A stretch of 64,000 nt of DNA from Octopus vulgaris (Eukaryota), in NCBI GenBank assembly GCA_951406725.2, contig OX597838.1, forward strand, positions 3,720,001-3,784,000. Reading direction: 5' to 3'. The notes under the pieces were generated by a model, which did not search any database, had not been told where the DNA came from, and was given only the letters and a program-made list of their open reading frames with translations. Every line of letters starts with the position of its first letter. Position 1 is the first letter of the stretch. The position numbers and the translations under genes were made by a program. Of this stretch, positions 1 to 12,850 are shown in pieces.

Positions 1-904
1 CGTGGTCGTTCGTGAATGTAACGTCTTTGTCAGAAGATGATGCAAGATTACTAATATGATATATAGAACTAACTGGAAGAGGTTATGGCGGTGTGGCGGC
101 GTCGGGACGGAGGTGGTGGTGGTGGAGGGGGGGACAATGAGGTGATGGTCGATGGAGGTCACAGATGTCAAACAATGACGTCATTATAACCACGTGATAA
201 CGTTCTTTCTCTTCTTTTTTTTTCTATCGTAATTCGTCTTCACTTGTTGATGTAGACATTTTAAAAAGTTTTTCTTGTGAATTTTTATTTTCCTTGGATC
301 GGATTTAATGTTGTTGTTGTTTTCGCTGTTGCTAATGTCATTTTTTTTCTTCTTGTCGTTGCTATTGCTGTTTTTTACTACTACTGATGATGATGATGAT
401 CTTGTTTCGAGATCAAGTTAACAAAGTCAACCCTGTTCAAGCAGACCCTTAATGAAAGTTGCTTCCGGACATGGCCATCCAGTATTTTATTCAGATATAG
501 CTTGTCTAAAATTATATGTATGTGAGAGTATATACATGCATAAACGCGTACACACACACATACACACACACGCACACACACAGGCATATGCTCGTGCACA
601 CACACGTACACGCATGCATTTCTGTTAACTTTTTTCAGTGTTGGTTTTACACTTAAAGAAGGGGAGGGGGGGGGGTCTAAAACATCAAATTGGACTTAGC
701 TACTGCTGCCACCACCAACACCACCGCTTCAACCATCACCACCATCATCACCACCACCACCACCACCCTCACCCTCACCCCTCTCACCCCGGTAGCCCCT
801 GTCTGCTCTGCCAGTGTTCCCAAGAGATATAACTCAGTAATTAATTACACTAAGTCAAAACAGTTAATCAATTTCAGCGACAGGTAACAACGTGTGCGTG
901 GGAA

Positions 905-915
905 TAGTAGTTGTG

Positions 916-980
<65 letters not shown>

Positions 981-993
981 TGTTGTTGTTGTT

Positions 994-1034
<41 letters not shown>

Positions 1035-1100
1035 TGTTGTTGTTGTTGTTGTTGTTGTTGTAGTAGTAGTAGTAGTTGTTGTAATAGTTGTTGTTGTGTT

Positions 1101-1144
<44 letters not shown>

Positions 1145-1157
1145 TGTTGTTGTTGTT

Positions 1158-1198
<41 letters not shown>

Positions 1199-1270
1199 TG
1201 TTGTAGTAGTAGTAGTAGTAGTAGTAGTAGTTGTAGTAGTGGTAGTAGCAGCAGCAGCAGCAGCAACTGT
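905..1270. repeat. compound (TAG)n/(TTG)n microsatellite
   Basis: Long uninterrupted gtagta/gttgtt tracts, directly visible. Confidence 0.97.
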
Positions 1271-2029
1271 AGCAGCAGTAGTGGTAGTAAAAAGATGGTG
1301 ATCGTAGTATTGGTCGTAGTGGTAACGGTGGTGGTGGTGGTGGCGCGTGTGTACGGTAGGCAGGGTGATGGTGATGTTAATGGTGATGATGGTAGCAGTT
1401 ATGGAGGTAGTATTATCTGCGTGTCTGTGATGGTGGTGATGGCGATGGTAATGGTGGGGGTGGGGGCGATGGATGTTGTGATGGTGGAAATGTGGAAGTG
1501 ACGGTGACGGTGGTAGTGGGGGATGATGGAGATGGTGGAAGTGATGGTCGTAGTGATGACGGTAGCGGTGGATGTGTTGGTAGTGGTGATGCTGGTGATG
1601 GTGATGGTGGTGATGATGGTGGTGATGATGGAGGTGATGATTGTTGTTGTTGTTGTTGGTAGTAATGGTGATGGTGGTGGTGGTGATATTAACACTAGTG
1701 GTAGAGATGGTTGTAGTGATGGTTGCAGTGTTGGTTGCAGTGGTGGTTGCAGTGATGGCGGTGGTGATGTCTGTGTGTCTGTGGCGTTGGTGTTGGTGAT
1801 GAAGAATTGAGCCTGTCTGCGTCCGTTGTGTGTGTTCTTTTGTTGTTTTTTGACCCCGTGTCCTATATTTGGATCAACGTGAAGCGCAGTGGGATTGAAC
1901 TCCTAGCTTCTTTGCCACACCGTCATGCACTCGCGACACACACAAGTTTTATTGTCAGTTTTATTCATTTGCGTTAAGCTTCATTCTAAAGTAAACCACG
2001 CCCATATCGAAATAGCAAAATAGTTTCAC

Positions 2030-2434
2030 ATCCCACCAAAATATTCCCACGTCCATCACAATATTGGCACGTTCCCACTAAAGTATGGTCACACAACACC
2101 GAAATTTTTTCCACGTCCCACCAGAATATTGTCACACCCTGGGAATGTTAGCACGTTGCCACCAAAGTACTGGCATATTCCCACCGAAATATTGCCTTGT
2201 TGCCACCGAAGTACTGGCATATTCCCACCAAAATATTGTCTTGCTGTCGACAACGTACCTTCATATTCCCACCAAAATATTGCCTTGTTGCCACCAAAGT
2301 ACTGGCATATTCCCACCAAAATATTGTCTTGCTGTCGACAACGTACCTTCATATTCCCACCAAAATATTGCCTTGTTGCCACCAAAGTACTGGCATATTC
2401 CCACCAAAATATTGTCTTGCTGTCGACAACGTAC
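2030..2434. repeat. minisatellite with 22/44/88-bp higher-order structure
   Basis: atattcccacc(a/g)aaatattg recurs at 2175, 2219, 2263, 2307, 2351 and 2395 (44-bp period) with alternating A/B second halves; degenerate ~22-bp monomers lie upstream. Confidence 0.93.
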
Positions 2435-2459
2435 ATGTTCAACCTTGACCACTACTGGA

Positions 2460-3147
2460 CAGGCGTGTATATATTAGAAGTTGGTGTGTCTATTATGTGA
2501 AGAGGTGTGTCCATATTAGAAGCTGGTGTGTCTATATGATGAGGTGTGTCTACATGAGTAGGAGGTGTGTCTATATGAGAAGGGAGTATGTCTTTATGAC
2601 TGTTCTGTCCATATGAGTCTATAAAAGGCGGTGTTGTGCATCTGATTGAGGAGGTACTTCTGTATGCGGAGGTGTGGCTATATGAGAAGAGGGCGTCTCT
2701 ATATAAGAAGGAGGCGTGTCTATATGAGAAGTTGGTGTGTCTATTATGTGAACAGGTGTGTCCATATTAGAAGCTAGTGTGTCTATATGAGGAGGTGTGT
2801 CTACATGTGTAGGAGGTGTGTCTATATGAAAATGGAGTATATCTTTATGAGATGCTCTGTCCATATGAGCAGGGGGTACATCTATACCATAAAGAGGTGT
2901 GTCTGCTTAAGGAGAAGTTTTACCTGAGGCGGTGTTTGGTCCGTACGAAGAGGATGTCTTGTTTGTATAAGTAGGTGTCTGTATGAGAAGGAGGTGTATC
3001 TGTATGTTTGTGTATGCGTGTGTCAGTGTCTGTGTGTGCATCTGTGCGTGTATGAGTGTATGGAGAAGGTATGTTTGTTTGAGAAGCAGGGGGTGTGTCT
3101 GAACGAATAAGAGGCGGTGTGTCTGTATGAACAAGAGGTGTGCGTGT

Positions 3148-3179
<32 letters not shown>

Positions 3180-3350
3180 GGGGAGAAAAGGTATGTATGA
3201 GGAGCAAGGTGTGTGACTGAACATATAAGTGGTATGTCCGTATGAGCAAGAGACGAGTGTGTGTGTGTGTGTGTGTGTGTGTTTTTGATGAACGTCTCTG
3301 CAAAGGAAGAGAGGTGTGTTTGATAAGGGGGCGTGTCCGTGTGAGACGGA
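2460..3350. repeat. degenerate ~21-bp minisatellite (aggaggtgtgtctatatgaga)
   Basis: Recurrent gaggtgtgtctatatga units; a ~140-bp block at 2477 is repeated at 2728. Confidence 0.85.
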
Positions 3351-3964
3351 AGCGTTTTTTTTCTGTACGTGGAGAAGGTGGAGGAGGAGGAAGTGGAGGG
3401 CGGAGGAAAGAGAGGTTGTAGGACCAGTTTTATCAAAATAACGATGGATGTCGTTCGTTTCTTTTTTCTCTATTTTTCTCTTTAATCGTTGACTCATCAC
3501 CGCCGTTCACCATCATCAGCCAATCATAAGCAAACATAAACATCATTTCATCATCATCATCATCATCATCACAGTGTCACCGTTATCCTCATCATCAGCA
3601 TCCCCATCTTCCTCCTCCTATTAATCATCCTCATCATCATCATCATCACTTTTTCTATCGTCACCATCATCTTTTACATGCATCATGATAATCATCTTTC
3701 ACTGCCTCCCTCCGCTCCTCCCCTCCCCTCCCCAATCCTCCTTTTCTCCCTTCCCCTTCACATCCTCACCATCATCGTCATTATCGCCACCATCGTCGTA
3801 GTCGTTGTCGTCAATAACCACTACCACCATCACCACCACCATCACCACACACACACACATATATACATATATGTATATATATATACATACATACACAGAC
3901 ACATATATATATACATACATATATACATACATGCACACACACACATATAGATAGATATGTATTT

Positions 3965-4170
3965 GCGTGTCTATGTTTGTCCCCGCTTGACAACGATTGT
4001 TGGTGTGTTTACGTCCTCGTAACCTGGCGGTTCGGTAAAAGCGACCGATAGGATAAGCACTAGGCTTACAAAGAATAAGTCCTGGGGTCGATTTGTTCGA
4101 CTAAAGGCGGTGCTCCAGCATGGCCGCAGTCAAATGACTGAAACTTATAAAAAGAATAAAAAATAAAAAG
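3965..4170 (+). mobile_element. tRNA-SINE family A, 3' half
   Basis: Matches the 3' part of full copies at 37059 and 50655 (gaataagtcctggggtcgatttgttcgactaaaggcggtgctccagcatggccgcagtcaaatgactgaaac). Confidence 0.9.
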
Positions 4171-4229
4171 AATATATATATATACATATGTATGTATGTA
4201 TGCATCCATGTATGTATGTATATTTTTAT

Positions 4230-4648
4230 ATCTTTTACCTGTTTCAGTCATTGGACTGCGGCCATGCTGAGGCATCATTCTGAAAAACTAGTGGTCAAAT
4301 GTATCGACCCCAGTACTTTTTTCTTAAAAGCTGGCGTTTATTCCATCGGTCACTTTTTACCGAACCGCTAAGTTACGGGGACGTAAACAAACTAACACCA
4401 GTTGTCAAGTCGATGGTGGGAGGACAAACAATGACACAAAGGCAGACACGCATCTATATATATTTATATATATACGACATATATACGACGGGCTTCTTTC
4501 AGTTTCCGTCTACCAAATCCACTCACAAGGCTTTGGTCGGCCTGAGGCTATAGAAGAAAACACTTGCCCAAAGTGCCGCGTAGTGGGACTGAACTCGGAA
4601 CCATGTGTCCAGGAAGCAAGCTTCTTACCACACAGTCACGCCTGCACC
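4230..4648 (-). mobile_element. tRNA-SINE family A, near full length
   Basis: Reverse complement of the family A head and tail, with internal (TA)n. Confidence 0.88.
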
Positions 4649-4751
4649 AACGGATTGTCCATATAATTCTTACAATAATGTTATATTCGCCAGCTTTCTT
4701 TCGCCGAAGGTGTTAGTGCCATACAGATGTTGGCGTGGTGGGAACGTCTGA

Positions 4752-4822
4752 GACGAGCAGACGACACAAACGAGCAGACGACACAAACGAACAGATGACA
4801 TTAACGAGCAGACGACAACGAG
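4752..4822. repeat. 17-bp tandem repeat (acgagcagacgacacaa) x4
   Basis: Directly visible. Confidence 0.85.
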
Positions 4823-5399
4823 TTTTGTTTCTTTTATTTGTTCAAGATATTTTTTAGTTGTTGTTTGGCCATGATCAGCATTGATCGAATAGAAATATGA
4901 TTGAAGGTATTCCAGCCGAAACTGTCCCGTCTTTATCTAATGTGTCCTTTTATATGACGGTAAAGGTGTAATTTGAGGGAGATTTTGCTGTTGTTTCTTG
5001 CAAGAAAAGTGACCACATAGAGACTCCTGCATAGTATATACCTGGTCTATAGTGCACACTCGTGCGTGTGTGTGTGACAGAGAGAGAGAGAGAGGGGGAG
5101 AGAGAGAGAGGGAGAGCGGGGGATTGAGTTTGTGTGTGTGCATGTGTGTGTGTGTGTGTATGCGTAGGTTTTAATAAAATACCTTTTGCGTGCGCAGTAA
5201 TGTATATAAGTGTATGAGGTATATATGTGTGTGTATATATGTGTGAGTGTGTATGCATGTATATGTGTGTGCATATATATATATATATATATATGTATAT
5301 GTATATATATGTATATATGTATATATATATGTATATATATATGTATATATATATATGTATATATATATATACACATATATATATGTATATATATATATG

Positions 5400-5476
<77 letters not shown>

Positions 5477-5889
5477 ATCTAGATGTGTGCGTATTTCTGT
5501 GTCTGTGCGCGCGTATGCATGTATGCGAATTTAAACATACATATATGCATACACACAGACTTGTGTATGTATGTATGTATGTATGTATGTATGTATGTAT
5601 ATGTATATGTGTATATATATGTGTGTGTGTATGTGCGTGTTTGCACGTGTGTGTATCTGTATGTAGTTGTACTATCACTTGTGTAAATCCTAACCTTCTT
5701 CCTCTCTCTCTCTCTGCTGACAAGTTTTTATTTCTTAGGCAAGGTTTTTAATTACGTTTTTGCATGTGTTTTTTTTCGTTTTCGTTTTTGTGCATTTGTG
5801 TGCATTTGTTGAATCTGTTCAGTTTGTTTGTCTTAACCAATGACTAACGGAGTAATGTTTTTGATTCAACCAGAAATACCGGACTCTGC

Positions 5890-5922
<33 letters not shown>

Positions 5923-6155
5923 AAAAAAGACAATTGCTGGTCGGGGGGAGAGAAACGAGAGAAAGAAGATCGTACTGTATAATAACGGAAGGATCGGGGG
6001 GAAAAAAGCAACTGTGAGGCGATAGAGTGATGTAATGAGAGAGAGAGAGAGGGAAAGAGAGAGACAGACAGATTGACAGAGCGTGTGTGTAAGAAGGGCA
6101 TGTATATTTAAGTCTCTATGTATATATGTATATATGTATGCATGTATGTTTGTGT

Positions 6156-6219
<64 letters not shown>

Positions 6220-6525
6220 GTATCTGTGTGTGTGTGCGCGCGTGCATGCTTATTATCAGAAGGTTACATTATCATATTACAATTTTTAGCGTTCCCCACT
6301 CCATGGCCCGTCGCGTAAGCAGGAGAAGACTTTCTGAATATTTATTTATGTAGTGACAGGTTATTATTACTACATCATCATCATCATCATCTTCATCTTC
6401 ATCATCATCATCATCATCCTCATTATTATTATTATTAAAAGTTACCTTTAAATTCTCAGTCGTAATACTCCCAAAGTGAAAAGTTTCGTAGATAATGGCG
6501 CTTGTGGGAGCACGAAGTAATTAAT

Positions 6526-7160
6526 TCAATGTTTATTCAATGTCCGATCGTTGTATATCAGCATAAGTTTTTCTAATATACATAAATACGAGAAAGAAAC
6601 CGATTGATGGTAAGGACTAGCGGAGTGTAAGAGACGCTCTGAAATATTGTAGGGTGAATTCTTTATTTTCAAATACCAACTGTATCTTGTAAGATTTGTA
6701 TCGAATCTTCCTATTATATTATGAAAGTATAAAGATGGTGATGACATCTTTGTTTGAATGGACCTATTGTTACACCGATATAACAAGTGCTATTCGGATT
6801 AAGATTTGATTTGAGTGTGGTTGAGTAAATAATAAATTTTTCAAGACAATTTCTCTTGCCCGAGCATGTTGAGGCATTGTGACTATTCGGGCAATGACGA
6901 TTGATATTATTTATCATTTTCTTATTGCTAGCAGTTTGCAAATTTTAACGAAGCTTGTTAATGTTGCCTAATTGAGGTTAAGCGATTTTAGACTGAAGAT
7001 TTTTCTGCACACAATACGAGGTTAAATTTGTTTCATTGTTGTAGAGCTGCTTCTAATGTGCAATTCGAAAAATTCCTGCTTATTCGGTGCCAATGCAAAT
7101 CAGCATAGAAGTGACAATGTGGGTTTAACGGTTGCCAGCTGAAGATTCGAAAGCAGGGTT
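6526..7160 (-). pseudogene. decayed Penelope-like element ORF 3' end (linker + GIY-YIG endonuclease)
   Basis: Frameshifted minus-strand translation gives RKIFSLKSLNL ... NCLEKFIIYSTTL ... CYIGVTIGPFKQR.H ... TNLTRYSWYLKIKNSPYNI ... ASPY ... LCILEKLMLIY..RTLNKH, which fits the C-terminal GIY-YIG domain of PLEs (Naiad-like layout). Confidence 0.8.
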
Positions 7161-7245
7161 CAACGACGGCTGTAATGGAGACGGTACTGAATCGTAGTAC
7201 ATTCGTATAGTGGAAGAGGTACTCTACCAAAGGCCCGTCATCCAA

Positions 7246-7465
7246 CAGCGTAGCTAGAGTGAATGCCGCCCGGGGCAGTCCTTACTTTGCTTCTCCCAGA
7301 CCCCACAAAAAACACATATTGCCTACAACAGACCCAAAAGTGCCGCTCGGGGAGGCCCTTCCGTTTGCTATCCCAGACCCCACAAAAAACACATATTGCC
7401 TACAACAGACCCAAAAGTGCCGCCCGGGGCGGACCGCCCCTACGACCCCTTTAACTAGGCTAGTG
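7246..7465. mobile_element. hAT/Harbinger-like MITE with an internal tandem duplication
   Basis: Degenerate ends cagcgtagcta ... actaggctagtg, subterminal gcccggggc motifs, and a ~53-bp block (cccagaccccacaaaaaacacatattgcctacaacagacccaaaagtgccgc) present twice, 77 bp apart. Confidence 0.55.
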
Positions 7466-7535
7466 CCACCACCAGACTTTGATGCCTTGTGGTGCTTCAG
7501 AATATAATTTATTCTTCAGAAAGATTTTTGTAAAC

Positions 7536-7718
7536 TGTATTTTCTAAATCTGTGGGTGCACCATTGAATAATGAGAGCTTAGTGCCACCCAGTTCACCCC
7601 CTTAGCGACGGGCATCCGAGTCAGACTTCAAGAAAGTGTATTTTCTAAATATTAGGGTGCACCATTGACTAATGAGAGGGTAGCGCCGTTCAGTACAGCC
7701 CCTCAACGACGGGCATGC
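7536..7718. repeat. ~100-bp imperfect tandem duplication (probable MITE ends)
   Basis: tgtattttctaaat..gggtgcaccattga.taatgagag...cccct.a.cgacgggcat occurs twice. Confidence 0.75.
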
Positions 7719-8397
7719 TCTACCAACACGTGTAATTTGAACAATATACGTCAGGTAATAAACATGCTTCGTCCATATTTGCATCACTTTCGGTACAACC
7801 TTCTCATCTTATTACACCTAATTTCTCACCTAAACAACTCTTACATTCACGATATCTGTTATTCAACCTTTTTTTCTCCATATTTTTTCGCTCTCCCTTA
7901 CTCTCCCTCCCGCAAAACAAACGCACAGACACACACACACACACTATCGGTATATCTCACTCATTAATCACAACACTCACCTTCCCTCCACTCCTCCTCC
8001 TCCTCCTCCTCCTCCTCCCCCTCTTCCGTTTTCTTCCTCCTCTGTTTATCTATCTAAATAGCCTCTCTACCCCTCTCACGGCCAAAAGAGCCCAGCTTTT
8101 TCTACACAATGCACCAAATCAGTGGTTTCCTTCCATTCGCCCCACAAACTCCAGCCAGGTTTCTGCACTCCTACCTCTGGCTCCGTTCGCACACTCATGC
8201 CCCCACCCGCCACGCCGGCTTTATTCAAACCCCCCCTTCCCGGCCACATACATTCCGTTCCAATGATTCACAGATTTTCGTTTGCCGCTTCCGCTGTGCT
8301 GGACACCTCGGACTTAAAAACGCCGCCATACACCGCTCAGCATCCCCTGCGCTCCACACACACTTTCTCCTTTTCCCCTTTCTCTTCACACACGCAC

Positions 8398-8428
<31 letters not shown>

Positions 8429-8637
8429 AACACACACACATACACACACTCGCACAAAGACAAACATGCGCACTTACACAAGCATCACACACATACAAAC
8501 ACACACAAACATACATACACACACACGTACACACAAACACATACACACACACATACACACGCACACACACAAACACACATACAAATACACACACACACGT
8601 ACAAATACACACACACACGTAGAAACAAACACATACA

Positions 8638-8686
<49 letters not shown>

Positions 8687-9131
8687 ACAAACATACACAC
8701 ATATTCACCAGCGCACAAACACACACACTCAAACACAAACGCGCGCATACACTTATGCACACATACAAATACATACATACACACACACACGCACGCGTAG
8801 ACACAAACACACACCTGCGCAAACACGAACACACACAAACATACACATAAATACGAACACAGACACACCAATACACACACACACACACAGTGCAATAAAC
8901 ACAAGCTCAAAATGAATTCTTCATGTGGTCTTTCGACTCGCTAAACATAGCAGCCAATTTAACTCAAAATAAAGGCCATTGGATAATATGCAAGGTAGAC
9001 AAAACGAAAGGATGGTCACCATTGGACAACATCTGATTATATATCACATACACAGATACACACTGACGAATCTGTATGTAATTCTTTCACCTCCAGCCCC
9101 CTAATCTTTAATTTAATCATTTAATCATTGG

Positions 9132-9513
9132 TAGGGAAATGTAACGGTTTTTAGGGAAATGTAACGGTTTTTAGGGAAATGTAACGGTTTTTAGGGAAAT
9201 GTAACGGTTTTAGGGAAATGTAACGGTTTTTAGGGAAATGTAACGGTTTTTAGGGAAATGTAACGGTTTTTAGGGAAATGTAACGGTTTTTAAGGAAATG
9301 TAACGGTTTTAGGGAAATGTAACGGTTTTTAAGGAAATGTAACGGTTTTTAGGGAAATGTAACGGTTTTTAGGGAAATGTAACGGTTTTTAAGGAAATGT
9401 AACGGTTTTTAGGGAAATGTAACGGTTTTTAGGGAAATGTAACGGTTTTTAGGGAAATGAAACGGTTTTTGGGAAATGTAACGGTTTTTAAGGAAATGTA
9501 ACGGTTTTTAGGG
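9132..9513. repeat. 20-bp minisatellite (tagggaaatgtaacggtttt) x~19
   Basis: Near-perfect tandem array with tagg/taag variants and occasional 1-nt T-run loss. Confidence 0.97.
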
Positions 9514-9776
9514 AGGCTTGTCTTGCCCAATGTTCATTGCATCCATACTGCTGCATATTGTGATGAACTACATCTACCAACATTATTATGGATCTCAACA
9601 CCCCAGAAACAGCTGTTGAACTTATAACACCTTTCTTCAGCCCCTTCAATTTTCTCTGTCGTTTGTACTCTGTGGAAGTTGGGCCTATTTATATAAATAT
9701 CCATACAGTTGTACTTAAAAAATTAATCATCTGAAAATCCCCACTCCTTGCCTTCTCTCGTTTTGTGTATATACGT

Positions 9777-10140
9777 CTATACATATAAAGCTGAAGTTGT
9801 GTGTGTGGCAGATTTGGTGGCCTTCAACTAACACTATTTCCTCCGAGACCCTGCGGCTCAAGTCGACCAAAATTGAGAGTATGATAGAAGAAGGCTTGCT
9901 CTTCATTCCGTAGAAGAAAAAATTCAAATCGGACTATGTTAAGACCAAAAATTATTTACATCAAAAAGGTGTTTTGTTTTTTTATCTATGAAAATCCTTA
10001 TGTTTTACGATTTTTTGACTGCTGTGTCGCCATTTTTCGGTGTATTTCAACCATAAAAATGTTCACTTAAAGAGAATAACAAGCTACATAATGCAAAATT
10101 ATTACTTTTCAAAAAAGATTGAAACTATGTCAAAACTTTG
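9777..10140 (+). mobile_element. possible non-autonomous Helitron-like fragment
   Basis: Starts TCTATACATATAAAGCTG followed by (TG)n and ctccgagaccctg...gaccaaaattg, resembling invertebrate Helitron 5' ends; no 3' CTRR/hairpin found. Confidence 0.35.
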
Positions 10141-10151
10141 TTAACACGACA

Positions 10152-10498
10152 TCTTCGGAAGACTAAATACCGGAAAATTAATCTCTTTGTCTGTCCTTGT
10201 TTGTCCCTCTATGTTTAGCCCTCTTGTGGGCAATAAACAAATAGATATATTTACTGTGTCTAATTTGTTTATCCGCATAACTGCCTCTTGCTCTCTATTT
10301 ATGGCTTTTGAATATAAACTCAGCAACTTAAACTGGTTCGCGGTGTAGAAACAACTGTTGTGAGCTACTATTAAAACATGTTACTCTCTATCCTCATTAA
10401 CCTTATATATATATATATATAATAATATATGTCGTACACACACACACATATATATATGTGTGTACAATAATTTCTGTCTCTGTCTGTCTGTCTGTATG

Positions 10499-10570
<72 letters not shown>

Positions 10571-10894
10571 CATACGTACGACAATCCAGCTTCCAGCTTC
10601 TCTGACTCTCTTTCTCCCCTTCGCTCGCCCATTCATACACCTAAGCGAGTCCTGTAGCTATATTTGAAAACCTTCCCATATCAATAACGGCTGAACAGAT
10701 TCTGGAAAAGAACTGATAACAAGCCTTAATCTATAATCATAAGTAGTTATCATAATAATAATAATTGCAAAGAAACTACACACGATGTCTGTTGCCGCGC
10801 ATGCACCACGGAATCCATCTCTTTCTTTCGGTCGTTCGCCGTTCACTTTTCAATGGAACCAAATGACGTTTTCCGGTATTTAGTCTTCCGAAGA
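10152..10894. mobile_element. MITE-like element bounded by perfect 26-bp inverted repeats
   Basis: tcttcggaagactaaataccggaaaa (10152-10177) is the exact reverse complement of 10869-10894. Confidence 0.7.
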
Positions 10895-11206
10895 ATGAAT
10901 AAAAAGAGTTTCGTCAGATAATATCAGGTTTCAGAATTCTTATTTAATAAGCTAGAGTTAATTTATATCGGAAACAATTTATTATAGATTGCTCGCTTGT
11001 TGAAAGGAACAGACGACAAACGTATTATAGTGACTCATGGTGATTTTATGTGGACCTTCGCTTCGCAGATTGAAATAACCAGACCCTTGCACGTCATCAA
11101 CGTCAATCCACCAACCTGCTTCGCTGCCTGGCGCCCATACCATTCACTTAAGTTGGTTGAGTAATAATTTGTGTGGAGAAGCCATTATTTTCTTGATATT
11201 GTGTGT

Positions 11207-11244
<38 letters not shown>

Positions 11245-11455
11245 GGAGGCGAGCTGGCAGAAACGTTAGCACGCCGGGCGAAATGCGTAGCCGTATTTCA
11301 TCTGCCGTTACGTTCTGAGTTCAAATTCCGCCGAGGTCGACTTTGCCTTTCATCCTTTCAGGGTTGATAAATTAAGCACCAGTTGCGTACTGGGGTCGAT
11401 CTAATCGACTGGCCCCCTTGCCCAAAATTTCGGGCTTTGTACCTGCAGTAGAAGA
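11245..11455 (+). mobile_element. tRNA-SINE family B (Meta-domain-like core)
   Basis: A-box-like tggcagaaacg, B box gttcaaattcc, and core gcctttcatcctttc.gggt.gataaattaag.accag. Confidence 0.88.
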
Positions 11456-11513
11456 GGATAAGAGTTGTTTTGACTCTTACTTCTAGCCTTGTATATATGT
11501 ATATATGTATATA

Positions 11514-11551
<38 letters not shown>

Positions 11552-11789
11552 AGTTATTAGTATTATATCGTTTAAATCGTATATGTGTGTGTAAGTGTCA
11601 CTGCAGAAAGATGAAGATATCAATATAGCACAAGTTTATGTAAATACTCCTTACAGCCGTTTCAATGCCGTACTGTTTCGAACGACATTTGATATAAACT
11701 TTTATGCGTGACGGAATATACAGTGTCTGTGGAAATTTACACAACTTATCAGAGTATGCACGTATGCATGTATAATATCACACACACAG

Positions 11790-11820
<31 letters not shown>

Positions 11821-12052
11821 AACACACACACACATATATATATATAAGTAAAAAAATGCAAAGTAAATACACAGGCAAAAACGGATACAGAATGGTAAGT
11901 TAAAAACAAACTGTTTTCCGTTCGTCTATGCATTTACTGTATCTCTTTTAACTTGCCATTCTGTGTCCGTTTTCTGTTTGTGCATTCACTATACATTTTT
12001 TCACTTATTAAGTAACAGAACGCAACGCACCCTGGTTTTTATTCACAGTAAG

Positions 12053-12099
<47 letters not shown>

Positions 12100-12102
<3 letters not shown>

Positions 12103-12226
12103 CACACTTATTGCAGCGGTCCTGCAGCTTTCCGAAGTCTTGTAAAAGAACTGCAAAGGTTGGGTCTCCAGCCATGCCTTTTGCGACATCCTTAAAGCCA
12201 GGAACTTTTCACCCCCACCCCCAGTA
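12100..12226. mobile_element. mariner-type MITE terminus
   Basis: Ends ccaggaacttttcaccccca...gTA, a mariner-like TIR followed by TA. Confidence 0.45.
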
Positions 12227-12238
12227 TATATACATAAG

Positions 12239-12312
<74 letters not shown>

Positions 12313-12829
12313 TACATGCATATTTATATAAATGCACGCACCCCTCCCCCGCAACCACACACAACATACAAAAATTCGTCTGCCGTGAGTTAGGGAAGAA
12401 ATCTAACCTTTCCAGGAGGTTCTTTCGTTCGATGGAAAAATGAGGTGGCAAGATTGGGAGGCAGTCGAGGTAGGCGTACGCTGCCTGGCTGGATGGCTGG
12501 TGGGATGGCTGGCTGACGGGCAAGATGGCCGTAAATAGGACGGAAGCATGTAGGAAAAATGTAACGCGGAAGCGGAAGGGGACAAATAACAAATCAGAGA
12601 GAACGGTGGCAGAAGGTTATAAGAGTTTCCCCCAATAGAAAAAGTAAAAAAAAGTAAAAGAAAACGAAGCACGAAGTGAGAAAAATAATGAAAGCGAAAA
12701 TAATGAGGGGCCATAACTACACTCCCCGGATTCCAATGTTTTCTTCTGTTTCTTTTATAAGCAGGTTACAACATACTGCCGTCAAAAAATATAATAATAT
12801 ATAACGTCCGAGGGGTGAAATATTTCACC

Positions 12830-12850
12830 ATGGAAAGAATAAATGTAGCG
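12830..12850 (+). CDS. candidate first coding segment MERINVA in an 86-nt exon (12765-12850)
   Basis: Polypyrimidine tract + gcag acceptor at 12764, Kozak caccATGG, consensus phase-0 donor GCG|gtaagt; unique non-repetitive context. Confidence 0.5.

Noticed and set aside
2175-2434. CRISPR-like repeat/spacer periodicity
   Set aside because: The 'spacers' are only two alternating sequences related to the repeat; there are no cas genes and the context is eukaryotic.
9132-9513. Telomere or interstitial telomeric array
   Set aside because: TTAGGG occurs at most once per 20-bp unit, never in tandem.
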